DNA from: Candidatus Latescibacterota bacterium
GTDB taxonomy: Bacteria; Latescibacterota; UBA2968; UBA8231
Length of the DNA stretch: 64,000 nucleotides
Reading direction: 5' to 3'
NCBI GenBank assembly: GCA_965206595.1
Contig: OZ242214.1
Location: forward strand, 2,368,001-2,432,000
Part shown: positions 38,843 to 48,037 of the stretch, in pieces
Numbering within the stretch: position 1 is the stretch's first letter
Layout of the letters: every line of letters begins with the position of its first letter
Notes under the pieces: model-generated
Told to the model about the DNA's origin: nothing
The model's input: only the letters and a program-made list of their open reading frames with translations
Databases searched by the model: none
Made by a program: the position numbers and the translations under genes

Positions 38843-40389
38843 ATGGCGAACTCTGAACACATACAGTGGCTGCTCGAGGGCGTGGGCGCGTGGAATGAAC
38901 GACGCAAACGCGAGCACTTTAAGCCCGACCTGCGAGGGGCCCATATTCCAGGAGAGTTCGGAGAGGGCGGCTTGGATGAGAGCGCAGAGCCAGAAATCCG
39001 GCGAATGGTCTTCCGAACAGAAGACGCTGGCGTCGATCTTTCGGGCATCGATCTGAGTGAGGCTGAACTTCAAGATGCAATTCTCACGAATGTCAATCTC
39101 TCCAACGCAAATCTTCGGGGCGCTGACCTCAAGGGATGCGACTTCGACGGAGCCATCCTCAATGAGGCGGACCTTGATTTCGCGGACCTCCGCCGCTGCA
39201 CGTTCCATAGCGGGAGACTTCAAGGCGCGAAAATGTTTGGCGGAAACCGGGTATCTGGCAGCCATAACAGCATCTCGCTGTGCCATGCGGAGTTTTCGGG
39301 GCAGATCTCAGGGGAGCGATTCTCGCCAATCGTGAACTTTCTGGTGCCGACCTTCGTTACGCAAAGCTCGAAGGCACGAATTTATTTCGTACTCAGCCTT
39401 GGAAAGCGATTCTTTTTTCAGGAGGAAATGCTGACGAAGGAACTTCGACCGGCGTTAGGTCTGGCGAGACAATAGAGAGTGTCCGGTGCGTGCTCCAAGA
39501 GTGTTCCAATATCAGATACGACTTTCCTGATCGCGTCCTGTATTTTCGCGGCGAAGCTAAGGTGTTCCCCGAACTGCGTCCCTCGCTAATGCGAAAGAAG
39601 AATGGAACATTCATGCATCTCAAGTCGGAAGCCGAAATGATGGTCGACCTGATGTCACGTCGGCCAGTGGAATTTGACAATCTGAAGTCAGCGCTGGCAC
39701 AATGGGTCCTTGCGCAGCACCACAGGCTCCCGACCCGGCTACTCGACATCACCCAAAACCCCCTCGTTGCTTTGTTCCACGCCTGCCAAGAACCGAAAGA
39801 AGGTTCCGGCGAAGGGCCCGGACGCTTGCATGTCTTCGCGGTGCCAGAGGACCTGATAAAACCGTTCAACAGCGACTCGATTAGCGTCATTGCCAATTTT
39901 GCTAAGCTCTCATTCAAGGAACAAAAGCGGCTGCTTGGGAAGAGGAAGGAGGATACTCCGGATGACGTTGATCCGGGTGGCCCCGAATGGGCAGGCGCTT
40001 ATGAGCAGGCCATGGGCCGCCTCTATCACTTCATCCGTCAGGAGAAGCCGCACTTCCAAGAGAAAATCAACCCCAGAGATCTCTTTCACGTCTTCGTCGT
40101 TGAACCCCAGAGATCATTCGAGCGCATCCGGGCACAATCAGGGGCTTTTCTCATTTCGGCGTTTCATGACCGATTCGAACGCAGTGAGATTCTAAAGCAA
40201 AACATCGGCATTCCGGTGTACGATCATTATACTCTGGAAGTGTCGGAAGAAAAGAAACCATGCATTTTAGATGAACTACGCTTGGTGAACATCACTCCCG
40301 AGACCCTTTTTCCTGGTCTCGACGAAGCGGCGAAAGCAGTAACGCAACGTCATTCTGAACAACCTGCACAGGGAGCCGCGGAAGGGTGA
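38843..40389 (+). CDS. Pentapeptide-repeat + FRG domain protein; 1-nt frameshift at ~39300
   Basis: AWNE..PDLRGA, A(D/N)L repeats; YFRGE, LRPSL, AQHHRLPTRLLDITQNPLVALFHAC, RIRAQSGAF, LFPGLD. Confidence 0.85.
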
Positions 40390-40692
40390 AGAAGCCGGAC
40401 AACAGACCCGAACGCTTCTCGAAGTAGTACGCGGTTTTTCGGTCAATTGCCTCCCCGTTGAGCGGGTAGCATGCAGACACAGGAGGTTCTGGAGTGTTTG
40501 TCCACGAAGAGTCAGAACTCCCACTACCATCAGCAGTCTGGCTGCTCTTGAGCCGTGGTATTGATTTGCTTCGTCGAGAGGCAGATAAGCGCATGTCTTG
40601 AGCTTGTCAGGGTCAGGCAATCCTGTTTTCGGCTGTCGTCGCAAGATTGAGCCGTTAACGCAGATGCCCAGCTCCGACGTTCGCACGCCTTC

Positions 40693-41724
40693 TTACGCCC
40701 GCAGGCTCTCCTCCGGCACTTCCACGATCTCCCACAGGCACTGCTTGAACACCCCGGGGTCCCCCCAGACCCCGTCGTCCAAGCGGTTGCTGAAGGCGAG
40801 CTTCGGGGCCCCGGGCTCGAACGGCGTCCACAGGGGGCACATGTCCGCGGCCCCGTGCTGGGGCCGGTCGCTCGTTGTCGCCAGCACCTCGTCGTTCACC
40901 AGCTCCCAGTGCAGGGGGTCCTTCCCGCGGAAGTGCCCGTAGCGCCGCGGTTTGGCGTCCCCGGGAAGGCTGTACTGCAGGGCGAACATCTGCCACTCGC
41001 CGCCGGCGCGGAACACGCGGGGGGACTCCACCCCGCGGTCGGTGCGCAGTATCGGCTCGGGGTGGATGCGGTAGGGTCCCTCAGGCCGGTCGATTGGAGT
41101 GCGGGCTACTCCGAAAACGCGGTTGGCGTGGGTCTGGCCCGGGCCTATCCCCTTGAAGAACAGCAGCACCTCCTCGTCGGTGACCACGGCGTTGGGATCG
41201 TCGTGGCGGATCGAACGCCAGCCGGCATCGTAGTCGGTGACCGGCCCCCTCTTCTCGAACGGCCCCGCGGGAGCCCCGTTTTCGTCCGCAGGCGCGACGG
41301 CAAGGTGAATGAGGCCGGGCAGGTCCTCCCGGTTGGTGGTGCGCGCGAACGGCCTGGCGGGGTTGGCCGGCCCCTTGCCGGCGTAGAACAGCAGCACCTT
41401 TCCGGCGGCCACCGCGACCCCGGGACTTGCCACCCCGATGCAGTCTCTGTCCGAGCGCGCGACGTCCCCCCGCCAGCGGCCCCGGGTGAGGGCGAAGCCG
41501 TGATCCTCCCAACTCTCGAAATCGGTTGTGGTGAGGTAGCGGGGCTCGGCTTCCCACGAATCGAGGGGATCGTCGAAAGCGGTCTCCCTGCGCGGGTCGT
41601 AAGCGTCGGTGAACAGGTGGACGGTACCGGCGCGGTCCCGGTAGGCCGCCACCATGCGGGTGCACAGCGGAGCGAGGCTGAGAACGGGCAGGTCCCGCGC
41701 CGGTTCGAAGCGATAGCTGTTCAT
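40693..41724 (-). CDS. Five-bladed beta-propeller glycosidase-like protein (GH43/GH117-like)
   Basis: SPGV..LLFYAG, GPFEKRGPV, HDDP, EGPY..HPEPIL, ESP blade motifs. Confidence 0.6.
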   Translation of the reverse strand: MNSYRFEPARDLPVLSLAPLCTRMVAAYRDRAGTVHLFTDAYDPRRETAFDDPLDSWEAEPRYLTTTDFESWEDHGFALTRGRWRGDVARSDRDCIGVASPGVAVAAGKVLLFYAGKGPANPARPFARTTNREDLPGLIHLAVAPADENGAPAGPFEKRGPVTDYDAGWRSIRHDDPNAVVTDEEVLLFFKGIGPGQTHANRVFGVARTPIDRPEGPYRIHPEPILRTDRGVESPRVFRAGGEWQMFALQYSLPGDAKPRRYGHFRGKDPLHWELVNDEVLATTSDRPQHGAADMCPLWTPFEPGAPKLAFSNRLDDGVWGDPGVFKQCLWEIVEVPEESLRA

Positions 41725-41803
41725 CTCATCCTTCCTTGAACTGGATCTCCCTGCGGCCTCGGCAGGGTGCAGACAGGCAGGACCCGGCTTAGGTTATGCC
41801 GCC

Positions 41804-42724
41804 ATGACCGCCGGGACTCCACGCATACTGAGCATCGAAAAGATCTGGGACCGGGCCCCGCACAACGCCTTCACCGACCTGCTGCGCCACCGCGGCCGCT
41901 GGTGGTGCGCGTTCCGCGAGGCGGACGACCACGGCGCCAGCATCGGCGGCCTGCGGGTGCTGGTGTCCGACGACGGCGACCGCTGGTCTAGCGGAGGACA
42001 CGTGACCGAGGAGGGGGTCGACCTCCGCGACCCCAAACTCTCCGTCATGCCGGACGGCCGCATGCTGCTGCTAGCGGGCGGCACGATCATCGACGATGAC
42101 GGCAGGTACCTCACCCGCTCTCCGCGGGTAGCGTTCTCCGACGACGGAACCTCCTGGACCTCCCCGGTCCGCTGCCTCGCCGAAGACCACTGGCTGTGGC
42201 GGGTGACCTGGCACGGCGGCACCGGCTACTCCGTCTCCAAGCTCGGCGAGGGGAGCAATCCCCGCCGCGGCCTGCTCTACAGAACGACCGACGCCCTCGA
42301 CTGGCAGTGGGTCACCGAGTTCCACCTGCCCGACAACATCTGGACCGCCAGCGAAACCACCTTGCGCCTCATGCCTGACGAGATGATGGTCGCCCTGATC
42401 CGCCCGGACTGGATCGGCCGCAGCTGGCCGCCCTACACCGACTGGTCGTACACCCGCATCGAGGCCAGGCTGGGCGGCCCCAACTTCATCCGCGTGCCGG
42501 ACGGCACCCTGTGGGCGGGCTCGCGCGGCACCCACGACGGCGAGCGCCGCACCGTCCTCGCCCGCATGACGGCAACCCGGTACGAGACCGTGGCGCGCCT
42601 GCCCAGCGGCGGCGACTGCTCCTACCCCGGGATGGTCTGGCACGACGGCCTGCTCTGGATCAGCTACTACTCCAGCCACGAAGAGAAGACGAGCATCTAC
42701 CTGGCGAAGGTCGACGTCTCCTGA
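41804..42724 (+). CDS. Sialidase/BNR-repeat family protein
   Basis: HNAFTDL, Asp-boxes SDDGDRW and SDDGTSW, GDCSYPG, YYSSHE..IYLA. Confidence 0.8.
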   Translation: MTAGTPRILSIEKIWDRAPHNAFTDLLRHRGRWWCAFREADDHGASIGGLRVLVSDDGDRWSSGGHVTEEGVDLRDPKLSVMPDGRMLLLAGGTIIDDDGRYLTRSPRVAFSDDGTSWTSPVRCLAEDHWLWRVTWHGGTGYSVSKLGEGSNPRRGLLYRTTDALDWQWVTEFHLPDNIWTASETTLRLMPDEMMVALIRPDWIGRSWPPYTDWSYTRIEARLGGPNFIRVPDGTLWAGSRGTHDGERRTVLARMTATRYETVARLPSGGDCSYPGMVWHDGLLWISYYSSHEEKTSIYLAKVDVS

Positions 42725-42784
42725 TCCGAAGCGCGGGCCGGCTCCGCATCCCGCATCAGCTGTTCCACCCGTTACCCGGCCGCC

Positions 42785-43876
42785 TCACTGCGGCAGGTAC
42801 GAGGTGTAGAACCGGTGCCAGTTCCCGTACATGACGTTGGCGACGTCCCCGCTGCCGTAACCGCGGCGCTCGAGGATCGGGGCCAGCTTCTGGTAGTCGG
42901 CGATGCTGTCGACTTCGAACGGAGCCCCGTCGATTCCGCCCTGGCCGTCGGTGTCGCCGCCGATTCCGGCGTGCAGGGAGTTGCCGGCCAGCTGGCAGAC
43001 GTGGTCGACGTGGTTGGCGATATGCTCCAGGGTCACCTCTTCGCGGGCGTAGTACTCCCGCCGCGGGTAATCTTCGGTGTGGGACCACTCGATCTCCTGC
43101 TTCTCTCGCAGCATCCAGGTGTCCATCGAGGCCCCGACCACGCCGTCCCGCTCGATCACCGCCCTGACCTGCCCGTCGCTGAACTGGCGCTCTCCCGGGG
43201 CCAGGGCGCGGCAGTTCTGATGGCTCGCCAGGATCGGGCCGGAGTAATGGTCGAGGGCTTCCCAGAAACTGCGGTCGGCGATGTGCGTGGTGTCGAGCAG
43301 CATGCCGCAGGCCTCCATCTCCCGCAGCAGCTCCGGTCCCGGGGGCAGCAGCCCTCCCTCGGTCCCGGTGCCGGTGCCGTGGGCGTAGCGGCTGCGCCCG
43401 TAGTGGGTGAGGCTGACCACGCGCACCCCGTCTTCCCACCACTCCCCCACCTGCCCCGGCGTCAGGATCGGGTCGGCCCCCTCCATGCCGATCAGGCAGC
43501 CGACTGGCAGCCGGGAGTCCCCTTCCTGCTGCTCCCACTGTTCGGCGAGGGCGCGCAACTGTCCGGCGGTGGTGACGACGACCGCCTCCCCGGTGCTCTC
43601 CAGGCCGCGGTAGAGGGCGAGCTGCCCCTTGGCCACGGCGTACGTCACCTCCTTGCCGCGATACCCCGGCAGGATGCTGTCCTTGCGCAATCGCCGCGCC
43701 GCGATCTTCATCAGCGCACAGTACACCCCCCCTCTGCGCATCTCGGGAAGGCAGGCGAAGGGAATGTTGGACGGGTTGGCGTCCGCGGCGCGCAGCTCGT
43801 CGAGCGAAAGCGTCAGGTCCCTGTTGAGGTCGAGGGCGCCGTGCGCCATCGGGTAGTCGCCGTCGAAAATCAGCAC
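42785..43876 (-). CDS. Membrane dipeptidase (M19) family amidohydrolase
   Basis: MEGAD, LTHYG, DTTH, ASHQN, RQFSD, GGDTDG, GNW.RF; AAGGAG RBS. Confidence 0.87.
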   Translation of the reverse strand: MLIFDGDYPMAHGALDLNRDLTLSLDELRAADANPSNIPFACLPEMRRGGVYCALMKIAARRLRKDSILPGYRGKEVTYAVAKGQLALYRGLESTGEAVVVTTAGQLRALAEQWEQQEGDSRLPVGCLIGMEGADPILTPGQVGEWWEDGVRVVSLTHYGRSRYAHGTGTGTEGGLLPPGPELLREMEACGMLLDTTHIADRSFWEALDHYSGPILASHQNCRALAPGERQFSDGQVRAVIERDGVVGASMDTWMLREKQEIEWSHTEDYPRREYYAREEVTLEHIANHVDHVCQLAGNSLHAGIGGDTDGQGGIDGAPFEVDSIADYQKLAPILERRGYGSGDVANVMYGNWHRFYTSYLPQ

Positions 43877-44432
43877 GGCTTGTCTCCTTTCGTTGTCGGC
43901 AGCTGTTTCTGGAAGATTTGGCGGTCCCGGGTTGCCAGGGCGGGTGGCACTCCGGGCTGACGGAGCGGTTTCGGCAACCGCCCCTGACCGCGGGGGAAAG
44001 GTCGCTTTGAAGGGAGGGCCGGGCAATCGCCGGCGTCGCTTTCCGGCAGCGATCGCGCGACCGACGAACCCACGTCCCCGCCCATTGCAGTCCCCTCATC
44101 GCCGGCTCCCACACATGCGGGCATCGGGCCCGCCTCCGCCTGCAGATACGGCGACACTGATGGCCCCGGCCCCTTTTCCGGCACGCTTGCTTCGCGAGAG
44201 CCCCCGGGACCGCTCCCCGGTTGGCCCCGCCTTCACCGCATTGGATATGTTTGGGCGGCACCGGACGGAAGGAGCGCCGCAGAACCCCGGGCCCTGAGCT
44301 GCCGGAAGATCCGGCCGCTGCCCTGTCCCGCCGCGGCCGGAGCCGCTGAAAACCTTCATCACCCCAGGCGCCCTGCGAGCTCCCGCGGCAAAAGCAGAAT
44401 TGCCAGCCACCCCCCTTTTCCCGACCTGCCCA

Positions 44433-45911
44433 ATGAAAGCCGCCATCGCCCAGTTCATCTTCGAAAGCAACACCTTCACCCCCGGTCTGGCCGAGATCGA
44501 CCTCTTCAGGAAAGGAGGAGTCTTCCTCAAAGACGAAGCCGAGGTGCGCGCCTGGGCGGACGGGACCGACTCGCAGATGCACGGCAGCCTGGAGGTGCTC
44601 GCCGCCGCCGGCTGGGAGACCGCCCCCTGTTTCACCGCTCTCTGCGGCTCTTCCGCCGGACTCATGAGCGCTGCCTGCTTCCGCGAGATCGGCAGCACCC
44701 TGCTCGACCGGGTCGCCGCCGCGGCGCCGTTCGACGTCCTCATCCTCCACCTGCACGGAGCCGCAGCCGCGGAAGGGGAGGACGATCCCGAGGGCTACCT
44801 CCTCGAGAAGGTGCGCACCGACCTCGGGTACCGCGGCCGGGTCGTGCTCTCCCTCGACCTGCACGCCAACTTCACCCGCCGCATGCTGCGGCACGCCGAC
44901 GCGGTCACCGCGTACCGCACCTTTCCCCACATGGACTTCAGCGCCACCGGCGAGCGCGCCGCGCGCCTGGCCCTGCACCCGGGCCCCTTCACCCGCGCCG
45001 CGGCCAAGGTGTCCGTCCTGATGTCGCCGGCGGACAGCACCCATTTCGAGGGGCACCTGTGCGACCTGCTGACCCGCGCCCGCGAGCTCGAGCGACGCCA
45101 CGGCGACGTCCTCGACGTCTGCATCCTGCCGGTGCAGCCCTGGATGGACATCGACGAAATGGGCTCTTCCGTGGTCGTCACCGCTGCCGGTGGTGGGGTC
45201 CCGCTCGACGAGCTGCAGAAACTGGCCGGCGAGTGGTACGCCCAGCGGCACGGCTGGAAAAACCGGCTCACCCCCTGGCCCGAGATTCTGGAGAAGCTCC
45301 GGCGCAAGGGGCCGGAGCCCTGGGTGCTGGTCGACACTTCGGACGCGACCGCGGGAGGCTCCCCCGGTCACAGCGCCGAGGCCCTGCGGCGGCTGCTGCC
45401 GCTCCGGGAGGATCTGCCCGGCAAGGTGCTGCTCTGGGTGGTCGACCCGGGCACCGTGGCCGCCGCCCGCCGCGGGGCGACACGCTTCGCCACCGGCGAC
45501 CCCCCGGTCTCCTGGGAAGGGCGCGTGACCTGGACGGGAGAGGGGAACTACAAGGCGCGCGGAGGGGCCTACACAGGGCAGGCCTTCTCGATGGGGGACG
45601 CCGCGGTGATCGAGTCCGGGCAGATTCAGCTCGTAGCCTGCTCGTACCCGGCGCTGACCCCGGATCCGGCCTTCTACGAGTGCGCCGGGCTGCAGCCGGA
45701 CGCCGCCCTCGCGGTCATGGCCAAGAGCATGACCGGCTGGATGGCCGCCTTCGGAGCCGGCTGGGAGCGCGGCATGCTGTTCGACGGCCCGGGGATCTGC
45801 ACCCTGGACTTCGCCTCCGTCCCGTTCACGGGGAGCGGCCGCGGACTCTGGCCTGTCGATCCGGACCCGGCGAGTCCGGTAGCGATCTGGGAACCGGGTG
45901 CCGCGGGTTGA
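44433..45911 (+). CDS. M81 family metallopeptidase (MlrC-like)
   Basis: ESNTF, LHGA, DLHAN, YRTFPHMD, D..D..GG. Confidence 0.9.
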   Translation: MKAAIAQFIFESNTFTPGLAEIDLFRKGGVFLKDEAEVRAWADGTDSQMHGSLEVLAAAGWETAPCFTALCGSSAGLMSAACFREIGSTLLDRVAAAAPFDVLILHLHGAAAAEGEDDPEGYLLEKVRTDLGYRGRVVLSLDLHANFTRRMLRHADAVTAYRTFPHMDFSATGERAARLALHPGPFTRAAAKVSVLMSPADSTHFEGHLCDLLTRARELERRHGDVLDVCILPVQPWMDIDEMGSSVVVTAAGGGVPLDELQKLAGEWYAQRHGWKNRLTPWPEILEKLRRKGPEPWVLVDTSDATAGGSPGHSAEALRRLLPLREDLPGKVLLWVVDPGTVAAARRGATRFATGDPPVSWEGRVTWTGEGNYKARGGAYTGQAFSMGDAAVIESGQIQLVACSYPALTPDPAFYECAGLQPDAALAVMAKSMTGWMAAFGAGWERGMLFDGPGICTLDFASVPFTGSGRGLWPVDPDPASPVAIWEPGAAG

Positions 45912-45924
45912 TCCGGGCCCTGCT
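45763..45924. repeat. 162-bp direct repeat copy A (3' end of the MlrC-like gene + 13 nt)
   Basis: Matches 47870-48031 with 2 mismatches. Confidence 0.95.
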
Positions 45925-46108
45925 CGCGTTGTGCTGTCTGGAAGAACGCGGCGAGCGTGCGGCTGCGGTGCTCGATGCCTTCCATTGTCCCGAGCCGTCG
46001 TGTACAGTGGGCAACTCGAAAAAATCGACTGGCTGCTTCAGGTCGGACGTGTACATTCACTTATCCACATGCGGTTCTTCAATCTCAGAAAAATTGGCCT
46101 CCGCCCTG

Positions 46109-46537
46109 ATGAAATACGCAGGGAATAATTCAACGCGACGGATCGCGAAACCGGGTCACTTCACCCAAGTCGAGCTCGACAACTTCGCGGAGAATGCCCG
46201 GTATGAAGGAAGCGCCCTCCACAAGAGCAAGCCGGCCGACTACGGCTTCCATCCGCAGACCAACCCAAGAGCCTCAAAGTCCCTTTGCGACGACATCCGT
46301 GTGATACTTCTATCCGAGGCGAGGCAGTTGTTGAGTTCAGGATTTGAACGCGGCATGGTCAGCACACGTATATCTGGTGACCTGCCAAAGTATGTTTGGG
46401 CGATTGATTGTAATGGCGAAGCGTACGAGGCGAAGCTCGGGGGGGACGGACGGAGCTACCACGGCTACCGGTTGAACCACGACGACAAAAAGATGCGCCA
46501 ATGGGTGATCGAAGAATGGAAACGGCGGAACGACTGA
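46109..46537 (+). CDS. Uncharacterised 142-aa protein (putative toxin/nuclease)
   Basis: ATG 46109; YEGSALHK, PKYVWA, YHGY motifs; lower GC; overlaps the next gene. Confidence 0.7.
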   Translation: MKYAGNNSTRRIAKPGHFTQVELDNFAENARYEGSALHKSKPADYGFHPQTNPRASKSLCDDIRVILLSEARQLLSSGFERGMVSTRISGDLPKYVWAIDCNGEAYEAKLGGDGRSYHGYRLNHDDKKMRQWVIEEWKRRND

Positions 46538-47832
46538 AGTTTTCGCTTGTTCCCGAAAAGTTGCAGGCCGGCTCTCCGGAGGAGCGGGCGGCCTTCGGCA
46601 CCATTGCCGTCATCGCAAACGGCATGGTGCTCACCGAAGGGGTAGGCATCGACGGCAACGAGCTTCGAAACGGCCCGCGGGTTTCCGGCTACTACCTGGC
46701 GGAATGGCTGGTATGGAACTGGTGGCGGCTGCGCTGGGAACCGCGACGTTTTTACGCTGAAACCGAGTCGTCGTGGGAGTGGGGTTTTGCACACCATATG
46801 TCATCCCTCGGCGAAGGGTACGTTTGGCCCAACATCGAGATCGTGTCTGATGGACTCTTGATGCAGCTCGCTTCCTCACCTTCTACCGACCCGCACGCAA
46901 AGGCATTCCGTTACGTTGGGGCGCCGGGAATTGAGACCGTCGCGGTCGAGGCGTTCGAGGATGCGGTTCAGGAGTTTGTCCGGATCGTTATTGACCGTCT
47001 CGACGATTCTGGCATCTGCGACACCAACCTGCATCGGCTGTGGCGAGACCTGAAACGGGAGCAGGGTGCGGAAACCTCTCCTTTTCGGCGTATTGAGGCG
47101 ATGCTAGGGTACGACCCAGACGAGGGAAACGAGACCGAGATACGAGAGCAACTCACCGATGCGGCCAGCTTGGGAGAGAATGCGGTGGCCGAGTTGGCGG
47201 CCGATGCAGGGCAACTCAACGAGAATCCGGTACGAGCTGCCGAGGTGAGGGAATGCGCCCGGAAATTCGGCTTCGACGTGCGTGTTGAAGATGCTGCGCA
47301 GCTTGATGACACCAGCGCCACCCTGGCTTGGGGCGAGGAAAAAGCCTGGCGTGTTGGTTATGCCATGGCGCAAGCTTTGCGAGCGGCGGAAGTCCTGAAC
47401 GGCAAGCCCGTCGTCAACGCCGTATTGTGCGAACTCGCTGGAACTACTGAGAATGTGATTCAGGATCGCAGTCGGACCGCTGACCGTATTTCATTCGCTT
47501 TGGACGACGACGGCGGGCGTTCGCGCATTGCACTGCGGCCGGAGCAGGATAAATTGCGGCGTTTCGACTTGGCACGGTTGATGGCGGACAGGCTGTTCCT
47601 GAATAACAGGTGCGAGCCGTTGCTTCCTGCCACGCGGTCATATACCTATCGGCAGAAGGCCCAACGCGCGTTCGCCGCGGAGTTCTTGGCGCCGATCAGG
47701 GCGGTGGAGGAGTTCCTGAATGGCGACGTATCAGAGGAAACGCAAAATGACGCCGCCGAATACTTCAACGTCTCGCCGCTCGCGATCCATTGGCAGCTTG
47801 TCAACAACAATCGCATCAGCCGATCAGACTGA
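46516..47832 (+). CDS. Uncharacterised protein with a degenerate ImmA/IrrE (M78)-like C-terminus
   Basis: RRFDLARLMAD (HExxH lost), QRAFAAEFLAP, AEYFNVS....QL.N. Confidence 0.72.
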   Translation: METAERLKFSLVPEKLQAGSPEERAAFGTIAVIANGMVLTEGVGIDGNELRNGPRVSGYYLAEWLVWNWWRLRWEPRRFYAETESSWEWGFAHHMSSLGEGYVWPNIEIVSDGLLMQLASSPSTDPHAKAFRYVGAPGIETVAVEAFEDAVQEFVRIVIDRLDDSGICDTNLHRLWRDLKREQGAETSPFRRIEAMLGYDPDEGNETEIREQLTDAASLGENAVAELAADAGQLNENPVRAAEVRECARKFGFDVRVEDAAQLDDTSATLAWGEEKAWRVGYAMAQALRAAEVLNGKPVVNAVLCELAGTTENVIQDRSRTADRISFALDDDGGRSRIALRPEQDKLRRFDLARLMADRLFLNNRCEPLLPATRSYTYRQKAQRAFAAEFLAPIRAVEEFLNGDVSEETQNDAAEYFNVSPLAIHWQLVNNNRISRSD

Positions 47833-47869
47833 ACTGAAATCAACCTGCGTTCTGACCACCGGGATTTCC

Positions 47870-48031
47870 GGGAGCGCGGCATGCTGTTCGACGGCCCGGG
47901 GATCTGCACCCTGGATTTCGCCTCCGTCCCGTTCACGGGGAGCGGCCGCGGACTCTGGCCTGTCGATCCGGACCCGGCGAGTCCGGTAGCGATCCGGGAA
48001 CCGGGTGCCGCGGGTTGATCCGGGCCCTGCT
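47870..48031. repeat. 162-bp direct repeat copy B
   Basis: Matches 45763-45924. Confidence 0.95.
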
Positions 48032-48037
48032 AAACGT

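Noticed and set aside
43880-44430. Riboswitch/ncRNA in the long GC-rich intergenic region (also 11040-11300 and 63360-63918)
   Set aside because: Only generic hairpins with no recognisable family consensus; would need an Rfam search.
45059-46108. 492-aa ORF fusing the MlrC region to the YHGY protein
   Set aside because: The upstream part is an off-frame read of the M81 gene; ATG 46109 is the plausible start.
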